Shown one piece after another: positions 17,642 through 26,393 of a stretch of 30,753 nt of DNA (the stretch's first letter is position 1; each line of letters begins with the position of its first letter). Under the pieces are notes generated by a model that made no database searches, was not told the origin of the DNA, and worked only from the letters and a program-made list of their open reading frames with translations. The translations under genes and the position numbers were made by a program. This DNA comes from an uncultured Cryomorphaceae bacterium (GTDB lineage: Bacteria; Bacteroidota; Bacteroidia; Flavobacteriales; Schleiferiaceae): positions 1-30,753 of the forward strand of contig CALCFH010000380.1 in the NCBI GenBank assembly GCA_937900215.1, given 5' to 3'.

Positions 17642-19474
17642 CTATAATTCTTTTAATCTTTCCAGCACAGCATGCTCTATTTCAGATGACAAAAAGGGCA
17701 ACCCTTTGATTTTGTTTAAAGGAATGGCATTGATCAAGAATTTTTCACGAATGATTTTAACCAATTGTCCGTTGTTTAATTCAGGAATAATAATGGTTTT
17801 GAAGTTGCGCAAATGTGTTTCCAGATTTTTTGGAAATGGAAATAGATATCGGATGTGAAGATGTGCAACGGAAATACCTTGCTTATTCATATTTAAAACA
17901 GCCGTCCGAATGGCGCCATAGGTTGAGCCCCATCCAATCAATAAAACATCTCCTTCAAGAGGGCCACAATCGATTTCTTGTGGAGGAATGTGGTTGGCAA
18001 TTTCATCCACCTTGGCAGCCCTGCTCAGCACCATTTTTTGATGGTTTTCTGGCTCATAACTCACATTGCCTGTTTGATCTTGTTTTTCAAGACCGCCCAG
18101 TCGGTATTCATGTCCGGCTGTACCTGGTATAGCCCAAGATCGCACCCCTCTTTCATCTCTTTGATAGGGTAAATATGGGGCATCTAATTTCGGGTAATTA
18201 GGATGGATGGAAGGCAAGTCGCTTGCTTTTGGGAAGCGCCAAGGCTCAGATCCGTTGGCAATATATCCATCTGAGAGCAGAATAACGGGAGTCATATGCT
18301 CGATGGCAATGCGGCAGGCTTCAAAAGCAACGGCAAAGCAGTCTTTGGGAGATCGCGCGGCTATAACGGGTATTGGCGCTTCTCCATTTCTGCCATAAAT
18401 GGCCTGAAAAAGATCAGATTGCTCTGTTTTGGTGGGTAATCCAGTAGAAGGCCCTCCGCGCTGTACGTTGATCACAACCAAAGGCGTTTCGAGCATAAAG
18501 GCCAGTCCTAATGCCTCTGTTTTTAAGGCAATGCCTGGACCAGAAGAGGCCGTTACCGCTAGACTTCCAGCAAACGAAGCGCCCACTGCCGCTCCAATGG
18601 CAGCAATTTCATCTTCCGCCTGAAAACTGCGAACTCCAAAGTTCTTTCTGTTCGACAATTCATGGAGTATATCACTAGCGGGAGTAATGGGGTAACCCGC
18701 ATAATACAGATCCAAATGGGCTTGAGCCGAAGCGGAGATCAGGCCAATGGCGATGGCCTCGTTGCCGGCAATATTTCTATACGATCCCGAAGGTAAAGAG
18801 GCTTTATTAACGGTATAGCGATTGCTAAAAAGCTCTATGGTTTCGCCAAAATGATATCCCGTTTTTAGAACCAATGTATTGGCATTCAGCAAATCGGGCT
18901 TAGATCTAAACTTCTCTTTTAAGAAGAGTAGACTGGGTTCAATTTCTCGGTTGTATAACCAATATATTAAACCAAGGGTAAACATGTTTTTAGAGCGATC
19001 TTGCTCTTTAGTACTTAATCCACTGTCTTTTAATGCCTCTCGGGTAAGCTTGCTTATTTCAATGTCAACTACCAGAAATCCGGCATCTCGCGCCTCCGAA
19101 AGCAAATCTCTCGACTCATCTAGTCCGGCTAGGCGCAAGTTTCTTTTGTCGAAACCATTGGAATTGGCTATGATCATTCCATTGGCCTTGAGGTCTACTT
19201 GAAACTTTACCAAAGCAGCTGCATTCATGGCAACCAAGGTGTCAACTTTACCCCCTGGAGTATTTATTTCAACGCTACCAAAATTAATTTTAAAGCCCGA
19301 AACACCTGCAATGGTGCCTATTGGTGCGCGTATTTCGGCAGGAAAGTCAGGAAAAGTACTTAAATCATTGCCGTGTAAGGCCGAAGTATTAGAGAACTGA
19401 AATCCGGTAAGCTGCATTCCATCCCCAGAATCACCTGCGAATAAAACAGTTGCCTTTTCAATCGTTTGGTTCAT
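17642..19474 (-). CDS. korA: 2-oxoacid:ferredoxin oxidoreductase alpha subunit (gamma-alpha fusion)
   Basis: 'AGDSGDGMQ', 'PAEIR', 'GYPITPAS', 'QAEDEIAA', 'TASSGPG' and 'QRGGPSTGLPTK'. Confidence 0.92.
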   Translation of the reverse strand: MNQTIEKATVLFAGDSGDGMQLTGFQFSNTSALHGNDLSTFPDFPAEIRAPIGTIAGVSGFKINFGSVEINTPGGKVDTLVAMNAAALVKFQVDLKANGMIIANSNGFDKRNLRLAGLDESRDLLSEARDAGFLVVDIEISKLTREALKDSGLSTKEQDRSKNMFTLGLIYWLYNREIEPSLLFLKEKFRSKPDLLNANTLVLKTGYHFGETIELFSNRYTVNKASLPSGSYRNIAGNEAIAIGLISASAQAHLDLYYAGYPITPASDILHELSNRKNFGVRSFQAEDEIAAIGAAVGASFAGSLAVTASSGPGIALKTEALGLAFMLETPLVVINVQRGGPSTGLPTKTEQSDLFQAIYGRNGEAPIPVIAARSPKDCFAVAFEACRIAIEHMTPVILLSDGYIANGSEPWRFPKASDLPSIHPNYPKLDAPYLPYQRDERGVRSWAIPGTAGHEYRLGGLEKQDQTGNVSYEPENHQKMVLSRAAKVDEIANHIPPQEIDCGPLEGDVLLIGWGSTYGAIRTAVLNMNKQGISVAHLHIRYLFPFPKNLETHLRNFKTIIIPELNNGQLVKIIREKFLINAIPLNKIKGLPFLSSEIEHAVLERLKEL

Positions 19475-19725
19475 GCTTTTGCTGCCAAGTTCACCTCGTT
19501 AACAGACTTTACCTCAGGGGCCAATCTTCGTATGGTCATTTCTACGCCGTTGGTAAGGGTCATCTGATTCACCCTACAACCTATGCAAGCTCCATGAAGC
19601 TGAACGAGAACATTTAGCTCTTTATCTATTTTCACCAGTGATATATCGCCTCCATCTGACTGAAGAAAGGGACGAATTTCTTCGAGTGCTGCTTCTACTC
19701 TTGATATTAAATCATTCATTTTCAT
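19471..19725 (-). CDS. NifU/NfuA-domain Fe-S cluster carrier
   Basis: 'IRPFLQSDGGDI...LHGACIGC..TLTNGVE', a single Nfu domain with CxxC. Confidence 0.93.
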   Translation of the reverse strand: MKMNDLISRVEAALEEIRPFLQSDGGDISLVKIDKELNVLVQLHGACIGCRVNQMTLTNGVEMTIRRLAPEVKSVNEVNLAAKA

Positions 19726-20864
19726 TTGGCCTTTTTGTTGACTTCCGCACAGCCGGCCATATTGGTGATGCGCACAATTTCAGAGGGTGGAAGATCATCG
19801 TTTCTTCGAAGAAGCTGTTCTACTGCTTTACGTGCCATTTCTTTAAAAGCTTCCGATGCCTGTGTTCCGCTTTGAAGTACTGCAGGTCGGCCTACATCTC
19901 CAGATTCGCGTATGCTCTGAATCAAAGGAATTTCACCTAAGAAAGGAACGCTGAGCTCTTCTGCCAAGCGCTGTGCCCCTCCTTCCCCAAAAATAGAGTA
20001 GCGTTTCTCTGGCATATCAGGGGGCACGAAATAGGCCATATTCTCTACAATTCCCAATACGGGTACGTTGATGCTATCCATCTGAAACATGGCTACACCT
20101 TTGCGCGCATCTGCCAAGGCAACGGCTTGGGGTGTACTTACTACAATGGCACCTGTAACAGGAACAGCCTGAACCAAGCTTAAATGTACATCGCCCGTTC
20201 CGGGAGGTAAATCGATGATCATGAAATCGAGTTCGCCCCAGTGAGAGTCTTTAATAAGCTGATTTAAGGCTTTGGTTGCCATAGGCCCTCGCCAGACAAC
20301 AGCTTGATTTGCTGCGGTGAAGAAACCAATGGAAAGCAATCGAACCCCATAGTTTTCTACTGGATCCATTTTTCGCTGCCCATCTATATCAATGGTACCC
20401 GGTTTTTCATGCGTAACGTCGAACATCATAGGCATAGAAGGCCCATAAATATCGGCATCTACAAGTCCAACGCTAAAGCCCATTTCTGCCAGCGCAACGG
20501 CTAAATTGGCTGTAATGGTTGATTTTCCAACGCCACCTTTGCCGCTGGCTACGGCTATAATGTTTTTAACTCCCGGTAAAGCGGGGCCCTTTAACTGTGA
20601 TTTTTCTGGCGGAGTTTCTGGTACAGATAGATGTACTTTTACCTTGGCTTTAGGGTGAACTTTGTCTGCAATGGCTTGCATGATGTCTACTTCGAGCTTC
20701 TTTTTAACCGCCAATGCGGGCGAAGCAGAATACACATCTATGTCTATTTCTTCACCAAAAATCTGAATATTCCGCACATGATTTTCGGCTACAATGCTCT
20801 TGCTGCTGTTGTGTGCATTTATACTTTCTAAGGCCAAAAGAACCTTTTCTTTGTCGATTTTCAT
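19722..20864 (-). CDS. mrp: Mrp/NBP35 (ApbC) Fe-S cluster carrier ATPase
   Basis: N-terminal FeS_assembly_P-like domain, 'ASGKGGVGKST', 'DADIYGPS', 'VVWRGPM', 'DLPPGTGD' and 'GIVENMA'. ATG 20864 (MKIDKEKV) is preferred. Confidence 0.95.
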   Translation of the reverse strand: MKIDKEKVLLALESINAHNSSKSIVAENHVRNIQIFGEEIDIDVYSASPALAVKKKLEVDIMQAIADKVHPKAKVKVHLSVPETPPEKSQLKGPALPGVKNIIAVASGKGGVGKSTITANLAVALAEMGFSVGLVDADIYGPSMPMMFDVTHEKPGTIDIDGQRKMDPVENYGVRLLSIGFFTAANQAVVWRGPMATKALNQLIKDSHWGELDFMIIDLPPGTGDVHLSLVQAVPVTGAIVVSTPQAVALADARKGVAMFQMDSINVPVLGIVENMAYFVPPDMPEKRYSIFGEGGAQRLAEELSVPFLGEIPLIQSIRESGDVGRPAVLQSGTQASEAFKEMARKAVEQLLRRNDDLPPSEIVRITNMAGCAEVNKKAK

Positions 20865-20869
20865 AGTAT

Positions 20870-20877
20870 CAAAATTA
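20870..20877 (-). promoter_or_regulatory. Candidate internal -7 element TAATTTTG upstream of mrp, overlapping the atl stop codon
   Basis: Exact TAnnTTTG match 5 nt before the mrp ATG; no -33 element at canonical spacing. Confidence 0.35.
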
Positions 20878-21246
20878 CGTCTTCCTATCTTGAGGAATAT
20901 ATGGTGTAACAAATTCGAAATCAGAGGGATTTAAAAAGTCTGAAGGGTCCCAAAAATGCTTTTGCAGATCTATTATCTGATTGTCACTTACTTCAATTCC
21001 TTCTTCGGCAAGGAGGTCTTGCATGAGAGTATTTCCATCAAAATGGTGCTTGCCTGTTAGCAATCCATTCCGATTGACCACTCTGTGCGCTGGAACATCT
21101 AATAGGTGTGAGGCATTCATGGCATAACCTACTACTCTTGCCGACTTGCCACTTCCTAAAAAGCGGGCAATGGCGCCATATGAGCATACTTTTCCTTCGG
21201 GTATATTTCGAACAACAGCATACACTCTATGGAAAAAGTCGCTCAT
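20875..21246 (-). CDS. Alkyltransferase-like (ATL/MGMT family) DNA-damage binding protein lacking the catalytic Cys
   Basis: 'IPEGKVCSYGAIA', 'ARVVG', and 'PAHRVV' in place of the active-site PCHRV. Confidence 0.9.
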   Translation of the reverse strand: MSDFFHRVYAVVRNIPEGKVCSYGAIARFLGSGKSARVVGYAMNASHLLDVPAHRVVNRNGLLTGKHHFDGNTLMQDLLAEEGIEVSDNQIIDLQKHFWDPSDFLNPSDFEFVTPYIPQDRKT

Positions 21247-21247
21247 A

Positions 21248-21916
21248 TCATGAATAAAATGAGAGGTAGCTTATGGCTTTTCCTTTGGATCTGAAGATTT
21301 GTTCATAATGTGTTTGAACGGTATGTACAAGATGGGCTCTGTCTTGCATTTGCTCATCAATGTCATAATAGGCATCTTTTACTTCCAAGCCCAAAAGAGC
21401 AATTAATCCCTGTGTATAGCCGTGTAAAAATTCACTGTCGGTTTTTAGGTGGATGAGACCTTTCTCTTGTAAAAGAAGAGTGTATTTTTTGATATAGTCT
21501 GGATGGGTCAAGCGGTGTTTTGAGCGCCTGTACTTTATTTGAGGGTCTGGAAAGGTGATCCAAATTTCACTGATTTCTTGGGGTGCAAAGGCTTTCTCTA
21601 TCCACTGAATTGGTAGACGAAGAAAGGCGGCATTGGAGAGCTTTTCTTCTTCCACCGTTTTTGCTCCACGCCAAATACGGGCTCCTTTTATGTCTACTCC
21701 TATGAAATTGCGATCTGGAAAAGCACGCGCCATGGCAACGGTATATTCTCCCTTGCCACATCCGAGTTCTAAAGTAATGGGATTGTTGTTTTTGAAGATA
21801 TCGCGATTCCAATATCCCGCTAGACTTAAACCCTGCAGAATCTCTTCCTTTAGAGGTTCAACTACATGAGAAAAGCGCTTATTCTCGGCAAATCGCTTCA
21901 ATTTATTCTTTCCCAA
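21248..21916 (-). CDS. trmB: tRNA (guanine-N7)-methyltransferase
   Basis: TTG start. 'LELGCGKGEY', 'FIGVDIKGARIW', 'ITFPDPQ' and 'HLKTDS'. Confidence 0.96.
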   Translation of the reverse strand: MGKNKLKRFAENKRFSHVVEPLKEEILQGLSLAGYWNRDIFKNNNPITLELGCGKGEYTVAMARAFPDRNFIGVDIKGARIWRGAKTVEEEKLSNAAFLRLPIQWIEKAFAPQEISEIWITFPDPQIKYRRSKHRLTHPDYIKKYTLLLQEKGLIHLKTDSEFLHGYTQGLIALLGLEVKDAYYDIDEQMQDRAHLVHTVQTHYEQIFRSKGKAISYLSFYS

Positions 21917-21927
21917 CTCTCTTTCTT

Positions 21928-22911
21928 TTAAAGCCCTTTTATTTCAAAAGAGGCAAATCCCCTTTCACCTAAATCATTGTAGTAATCTACAAAACGGAGG
22001 GCATAGTAACCATTTAGTCCTGTGTTTACGATGTAAATCATTTCAGGCTCGATGACGTATCTAGCAAGGTCGAAGTTGTAGATTTTCCAATCGTAACCAA
22101 TGGCATTTTCTGCAACAGAAAAAGGCTTACTCAATATATCACTTAGCTGAAGATTGTCCCAATTCAGCAGGTTCTCTCCAAGAAATACGCTGTGGCGTTT
22201 TGAGTCGGTTTGCACCCCTCTAACCAAGTAAATAAGCGTGTCACCTTCAACGGTTAAATCGTAGTCTGTATACTGTGTAAAGCATAAATCCCACGAATCG
22301 GTAGAGGGCTCAATATCTTCTATCTGATGACTGCGCATATCGTACATAATGCGTCTTTTGTTGTCTTCTCGGTTCAATCGTACCACCTTCAATTCGCTAC
22401 CATCTAAACGTGCATAGCGGAAGGTATAGCCATCTAGGTCTACCTTAAGTAGCTGGAATTTTCTATAACCGAGTGTGTTTCCGTCTGCATCGAATCCGAG
22501 GTCTAAAACAAAGACTAGCTTACTCGCTTTCTTAGATTCGTTCAGGGCAAATTTCAATGCCTTTCTGTTTTTTTCGCCCGTTGGGAAATCGTATTTCCAA
22601 CGAATTCCAGCAAGCGTATCTACTACCGCGCTAAAGCTGGTGTCGCCGCTGTTTTTGGCAGACATAAAATTCCCGGTATTGAGAGAGATGAGGCTGTCTG
22701 CCTCATCTGAACTAAAGGATAGGCTCCATTTATCGTGCTCTACACTTCGCACAAAACTGCCTTGTTCAATATTAAAATATACTGAATAGCGGTAGTCTTT
22801 GCCAATGCCGGCTACCAAAGTGCCCTGTACAGAGGGAGGATACAAAGGCTCTTCTTTCTCGCATGAGGAAAGAATGAAGAGAAGAGATACTAAAGCGACT
22901 AGTGCTTTCAA
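21928..22911 (-). CDS. HmuY-family surface lipoprotein with two HmuY-like repeats
   Basis: TTG start overlapping the receptor stop. SPII signal 'LLFILSS-C', followed by EKEE, matching the CxK(D/E)2-type surface export signal. HmuY-like motifs 'WDLCFTQY', 'IGYDWK.YN' and C-terminal 'YYALRFVDYYNDLGERG'. Confidence 0.82.
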   Translation of the reverse strand: MKALVALVSLLFILSSCEKEEPLYPPSVQGTLVAGIGKDYRYSVYFNIEQGSFVRSVEHDKWSLSFSSDEADSLISLNTGNFMSAKNSGDTSFSAVVDTLAGIRWKYDFPTGEKNRKALKFALNESKKASKLVFVLDLGFDADGNTLGYRKFQLLKVDLDGYTFRYARLDGSELKVVRLNREDNKRRIMYDMRSHQIEDIEPSTDSWDLCFTQYTDYDLTVEGDTLIYLVRGVQTDSKRHSVFLGENLLNWDNLQLSDILSKPFSVAENAIGYDWKIYNFDLARYVIEPEMIYIVNTGLNGYYALRFVDYYNDLGERGFASFEIKGL

Positions 22912-25103
22912 ATGAGATTAAATTTTAATCCAACAAATAGGCTTCTTCCCCATGAGAGCGGCATGGCTCCACCCGAAGAGTGCACCCCACCAGAGGCATT
23001 GCCCAGCAATTGGGTTACATTAAATAGATTTCTTCCACCTACAGTTAAAGACAATCGATCTTTCCAAATTTTCTGATTTGCAGACAAATCCATCCAATGG
23101 TATTCTTCCAAAGAACCTACTTCAACGCGGTCGCCAATGAGTTGGGCCTGAGGTGTTCTACCCACATATTTGTAGCTGAGCTTAAATCCAAATCGCTTGG
23201 ATGGTCTCCAATATTCAAAACCAAAACTCACTTCAGGGCTAATAAAATCAGCAGAAGAATTATCTAGGGTGTATTGCTGATACAGAGTGGAAAAACCGAT
23301 TCTAAATTGAAAATCAGGGTGAATAGTGTACTTGAAATCTGTGCGTATACCGGCGGTTTGGGCTTGATTGATGTTCACATAGCTAAACTGGGTTCCTCCG
23401 GTTCCCGCCAATTCAATCAGGTTGTTTAATCCGTTGAAAAAGAGCATAGGCTCCAGTTCAAACCGATGAACCATCCGCTTATCGCCCCAAGAAAACAGAG
23501 CGCTGAAATCAGCATGATGCGAGTATTCTGCCAAGAGATTGCTGTTTCCAACGATATTGTGATTGGCGTCAATGAACTCTAGGTATAATTCTTTAATAGA
23601 GGGCGCTCTGAAGCCACGGGCGTACGAGGCTCTATAGCTGTAATTCTTTCCTTTAGGCTTGAAATTTAAATGCACAGAAGGAACAGGCTGCGCTGCATAG
23701 GCGGTATTGTAACTAACTCGCAGTCCGGGTTGAATGGTGGTTGAAGGATCTAGCTTCCAACGCAGGCTTCCAAAAGCGGCGTAATCGCCAATGGATTGAA
23801 AATTTCCAGCAATGCGCTGACCCGAACCTACTTCGTAAGCAAGCTCATAGCCCAATTGGTAGGATAGTTTAGAGTCTTTATTTGGCACACTATAGGTTCC
23901 TCTTGAGAGAAAACTTTGTGCAAAAGTGGTATCTGTTGCACTGGGATCTGAACTGAGCTCCTGCGTTCTATCTACTAAGTTTCGGTTGTAGGTAACATTG
24001 TCTCTTCTGAACAAATTGTAAGCGGCTACTATCTCAAGAGATTTGTCCTCTTTTAATTTCCACTTTGCATCTACAGAATTATCCAGTCTATAGGTAGTAT
24101 ACCAACGATCAAAGGCATAATCTGAAAAAATACTGCGTCTATTTCCCTTGTCTTTTATAATTTCCTCAAAGGCCGAGAGGGAATAATTTAGCTGAAAATT
24201 GTTCTTTTTTAGTCGGTATTTGGCTGTGCCGAAGATTTGCTCTTTCTGATTCCAATCTTGCGCTCTTTGGCCCGTATCAACAGCACTCCAACCATCGAAA
24301 AAATTTCGACCCACATTGAATTCTACTTGCTGTGTTTTTCTAATCGGAATGCTCACTCCTCCGTCTAAATTATATACTCCTACCGACTCGTAAAAACTAG
24401 ATAGATGATAGGTTGGCTTGTCATAAATGCTTTTCTTGGTAATCAAGTTAATGGCACCCGCTAAAGCGTTGGAACCATAATTCACTGAAACGGGGCCCTC
24501 AATAATCTCTATGCGTTCTATGGTGTTCAGGTTTATCTGATTGAGATCGAGTTGCCCGTCCAACCTTCCTATAATAGGTACGCCATCTATCAATATTTTT
24601 ACATTTTCACCCGAAAGACCCTGCATTTGTATGCCCGTGCCCAGTACTCCGTCTCCTTGAATTCGGATATTTAATTGATCGTTTAAAAGCTGACTTAAGT
24701 TAACGGCGCCTTTCGATTCTATGCTTTGCTCGTCGATTACCTTCACGCGTAAAACCGATTCCGACGCGGTAGTGGGTGCATATTGTGCGGTAACTACAAT
24801 ATCATCTAAGCCAAAACTACCCGATTTTAGGCGGATGTCTTTTTGTGTTCCGGGCAGAATGCTGTCGGTGATGGATTCATACCCAATGAAGGTTACAGTA
24901 ATGGCAACGGGAATGCTGTGTTGGATGGTAAAATAGCCAGAAGCATCGGTTATGGCTAAAGACTTTTCTTTTGAAGACTGAATAATAATATGAGCGTATT
25001 CAATGGGCTTTGATGTACTTGCATCGATTACGCGCAAACGAGAGGTTTGCGCGTAAATAGGAGCACTTATCAAAAAGACTAAAAGCAAACGTATCAAAGC
25101 CAT
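22908..25103 (-). CDS. TonB-dependent outer-membrane receptor, HmuR/heme-receptor-like
   Basis: Signal peptide from ATG 25103. CarboxypepD_reg-like N-domain. TonB box region 'LDDIVVTAQ'. Plug 'ILIDGVP...IERIEIIEGPVSVNYGSNALAGAINLITK'. 'GFRAPS...H...GNSNL'. C-terminal 'GRSLFVGLKFNLI'. Confidence 0.92.
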   Translation of the reverse strand: MALIRLLLVFLISAPIYAQTSRLRVIDASTSKPIEYAHIIIQSSKEKSLAITDASGYFTIQHSIPVAITVTFIGYESITDSILPGTQKDIRLKSGSFGLDDIVVTAQYAPTTASESVLRVKVIDEQSIESKGAVNLSQLLNDQLNIRIQGDGVLGTGIQMQGLSGENVKILIDGVPIIGRLDGQLDLNQINLNTIERIEIIEGPVSVNYGSNALAGAINLITKKSIYDKPTYHLSSFYESVGVYNLDGGVSIPIRKTQQVEFNVGRNFFDGWSAVDTGQRAQDWNQKEQIFGTAKYRLKKNNFQLNYSLSAFEEIIKDKGNRRSIFSDYAFDRWYTTYRLDNSVDAKWKLKEDKSLEIVAAYNLFRRDNVTYNRNLVDRTQELSSDPSATDTTFAQSFLSRGTYSVPNKDSKLSYQLGYELAYEVGSGQRIAGNFQSIGDYAAFGSLRWKLDPSTTIQPGLRVSYNTAYAAQPVPSVHLNFKPKGKNYSYRASYARGFRAPSIKELYLEFIDANHNIVGNSNLLAEYSHHADFSALFSWGDKRMVHRFELEPMLFFNGLNNLIELAGTGGTQFSYVNINQAQTAGIRTDFKYTIHPDFQFRIGFSTLYQQYTLDNSSADFISPEVSFGFEYWRPSKRFGFKLSYKYVGRTPQAQLIGDRVEVGSLEEYHWMDLSANQKIWKDRLSLTVGGRNLFNVTQLLGNASGGVHSSGGAMPLSWGRSLFVGLKFNLI

Positions 25104-25115
25104 TGAATTCAAAGC

Positions 25116-26357
25116 TTACTGGGCGATAATCACTCGGTGATTTGAAATAGAAGCTTCGCTCTTCATGCGGATAAAATAACTGCCTGCAGGAAAAGCGCTG
25201 AGGTCTAGCTGAGTGTCATTCTGATTTTCAACATTCTTTTCAAGTAGCGTTCTTCCGCTTCCATCTAATAAAGCGATCTGAAAAGAAGAAATCTCAGAGT
25301 GAATATTCAATAGGCCCTGGGTAGGATTTGGGAAGATACTGATTTCAGATAGCGCATTTTCTGCTATACCTATAGAGGTGCCTCTATTTTGACTAAAGTC
25401 AATGTTTCCTGTTGCGCTTCCACCAAATCCAGTAAAGAAAAGTTGATACACTCTTCCACCTTGACTGGTAACAAAATAGCTGAGGGAGTCGGTTATAGAC
25501 CATTGAAAAGTAGCGTTGTTGAAGCTCTTCCAATCGGATCCTATTCTAGAAATATCCATGTTGTCTAGTACATAGTTGGCTGAATCAGCTGCATTGGGAA
25601 TGGCGCCAAGAACGCGAGCAGAGCGAATGCCAATGTTGGTTTGGGCGCCCATAACGATATAGTTCAAAACAACCGGACCAGCCTGAATAGGCAAAGAATA
25701 TCGTCTAAAAACGAGGTCCCACTCTGAACTCAAAGGCTCGCGATCTAAGAATTGATCATCGGCTATATTGTAGTAGAAGAAATTCTTTCCCGCATAATTG
25801 GTCTTAATTGCGGTCTTTGTAATTTCATTGTTTCCATCTAAATCAGCCAATCGAAAAGTAAATTGCTGTCCCATTGCGGTCATTTCATCTATGATGAGTT
25901 TCTTGAAAGAACCATTTGAAAGTTGCAATACAAAAATTCTTTTTGCATTTACATTGTGCGTAATCTGATTGTACTGACCCCAACCGTAATCGGGATGCGA
26001 AGTACCCATATTGGCCAATGCACCTAAATTCCAAGATTCAGTAGAATTGTGCAATTCGCGCTGTTGCATTCCAGAAGTATCAATGCTATTCCAGTCGCTT
26101 ATATTGTCTGAAACAACAAAGGCTCTAAGTCCTTTGCCTTCATTGATAAGAATGCTCGCATCTTGAGGGCGGATGGTAAAGGCTAGGTCCCAATTGGATG
26201 CAGGTTCTGTTTTAATTTCACCTCCAGCAAGAGAATAGTAAATGTCATTAGCATACGAAGCACCCATGCTTACATTTACAGTCTGCTGCGCCTGCGCAAT
26301 AAAGGCAGCAGCGGTAAAAAGAGCGATTAACGTTTTTTTCATTTTTGAGAAGTTCAT
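25116..26357 (-). CDS. T9SS-secreted protein with tandem HmuY-like repeats and a type A C-terminal sorting domain
   Basis: SPI signal (MKKTLIALFTAAAFIAQA; the start may be 26342). Repeats 'NWDLAF' and 'EWDLVFRRY', plus 'IGSDWKSFN'. CTD 'ISIFPNPTQGLLNI...LLDGSGR...LDLSAFPAGSYFIRM...RVII'. Confidence 0.85.
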   Translation of the reverse strand: MNFSKMKKTLIALFTAAAFIAQAQQTVNVSMGASYANDIYYSLAGGEIKTEPASNWDLAFTIRPQDASILINEGKGLRAFVVSDNISDWNSIDTSGMQQRELHNSTESWNLGALANMGTSHPDYGWGQYNQITHNVNAKRIFVLQLSNGSFKKLIIDEMTAMGQQFTFRLADLDGNNEITKTAIKTNYAGKNFFYYNIADDQFLDREPLSSEWDLVFRRYSLPIQAGPVVLNYIVMGAQTNIGIRSARVLGAIPNAADSANYVLDNMDISRIGSDWKSFNNATFQWSITDSLSYFVTSQGGRVYQLFFTGFGGSATGNIDFSQNRGTSIGIAENALSEISIFPNPTQGLLNIHSEISSFQIALLDGSGRTLLEKNVENQNDTQLDLSAFPAGSYFIRMKSEASISNHRVIIAQ

Positions 26358-26370
26358 TTTTGTTGTTTTT

Positions 26371-26389
26371 ATTTAGACTGATTCTAAAC
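26371..26389. promoter_or_regulatory. Fur-box-like palindromic operator ATTTAGACTGATTCTAAAC
   Basis: TTTAGA-N5-TCTAAA palindrome. 16/19 match to ATTTAGAATTATTCTAAAT, the Fur box I recall for the flavobacterium Riemerella anatipestifer. It lies between the -7 element and the first ATG of an HmuY/TBDR cluster. Confidence 0.75.
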
Positions 26390-26393
26390 AGGT

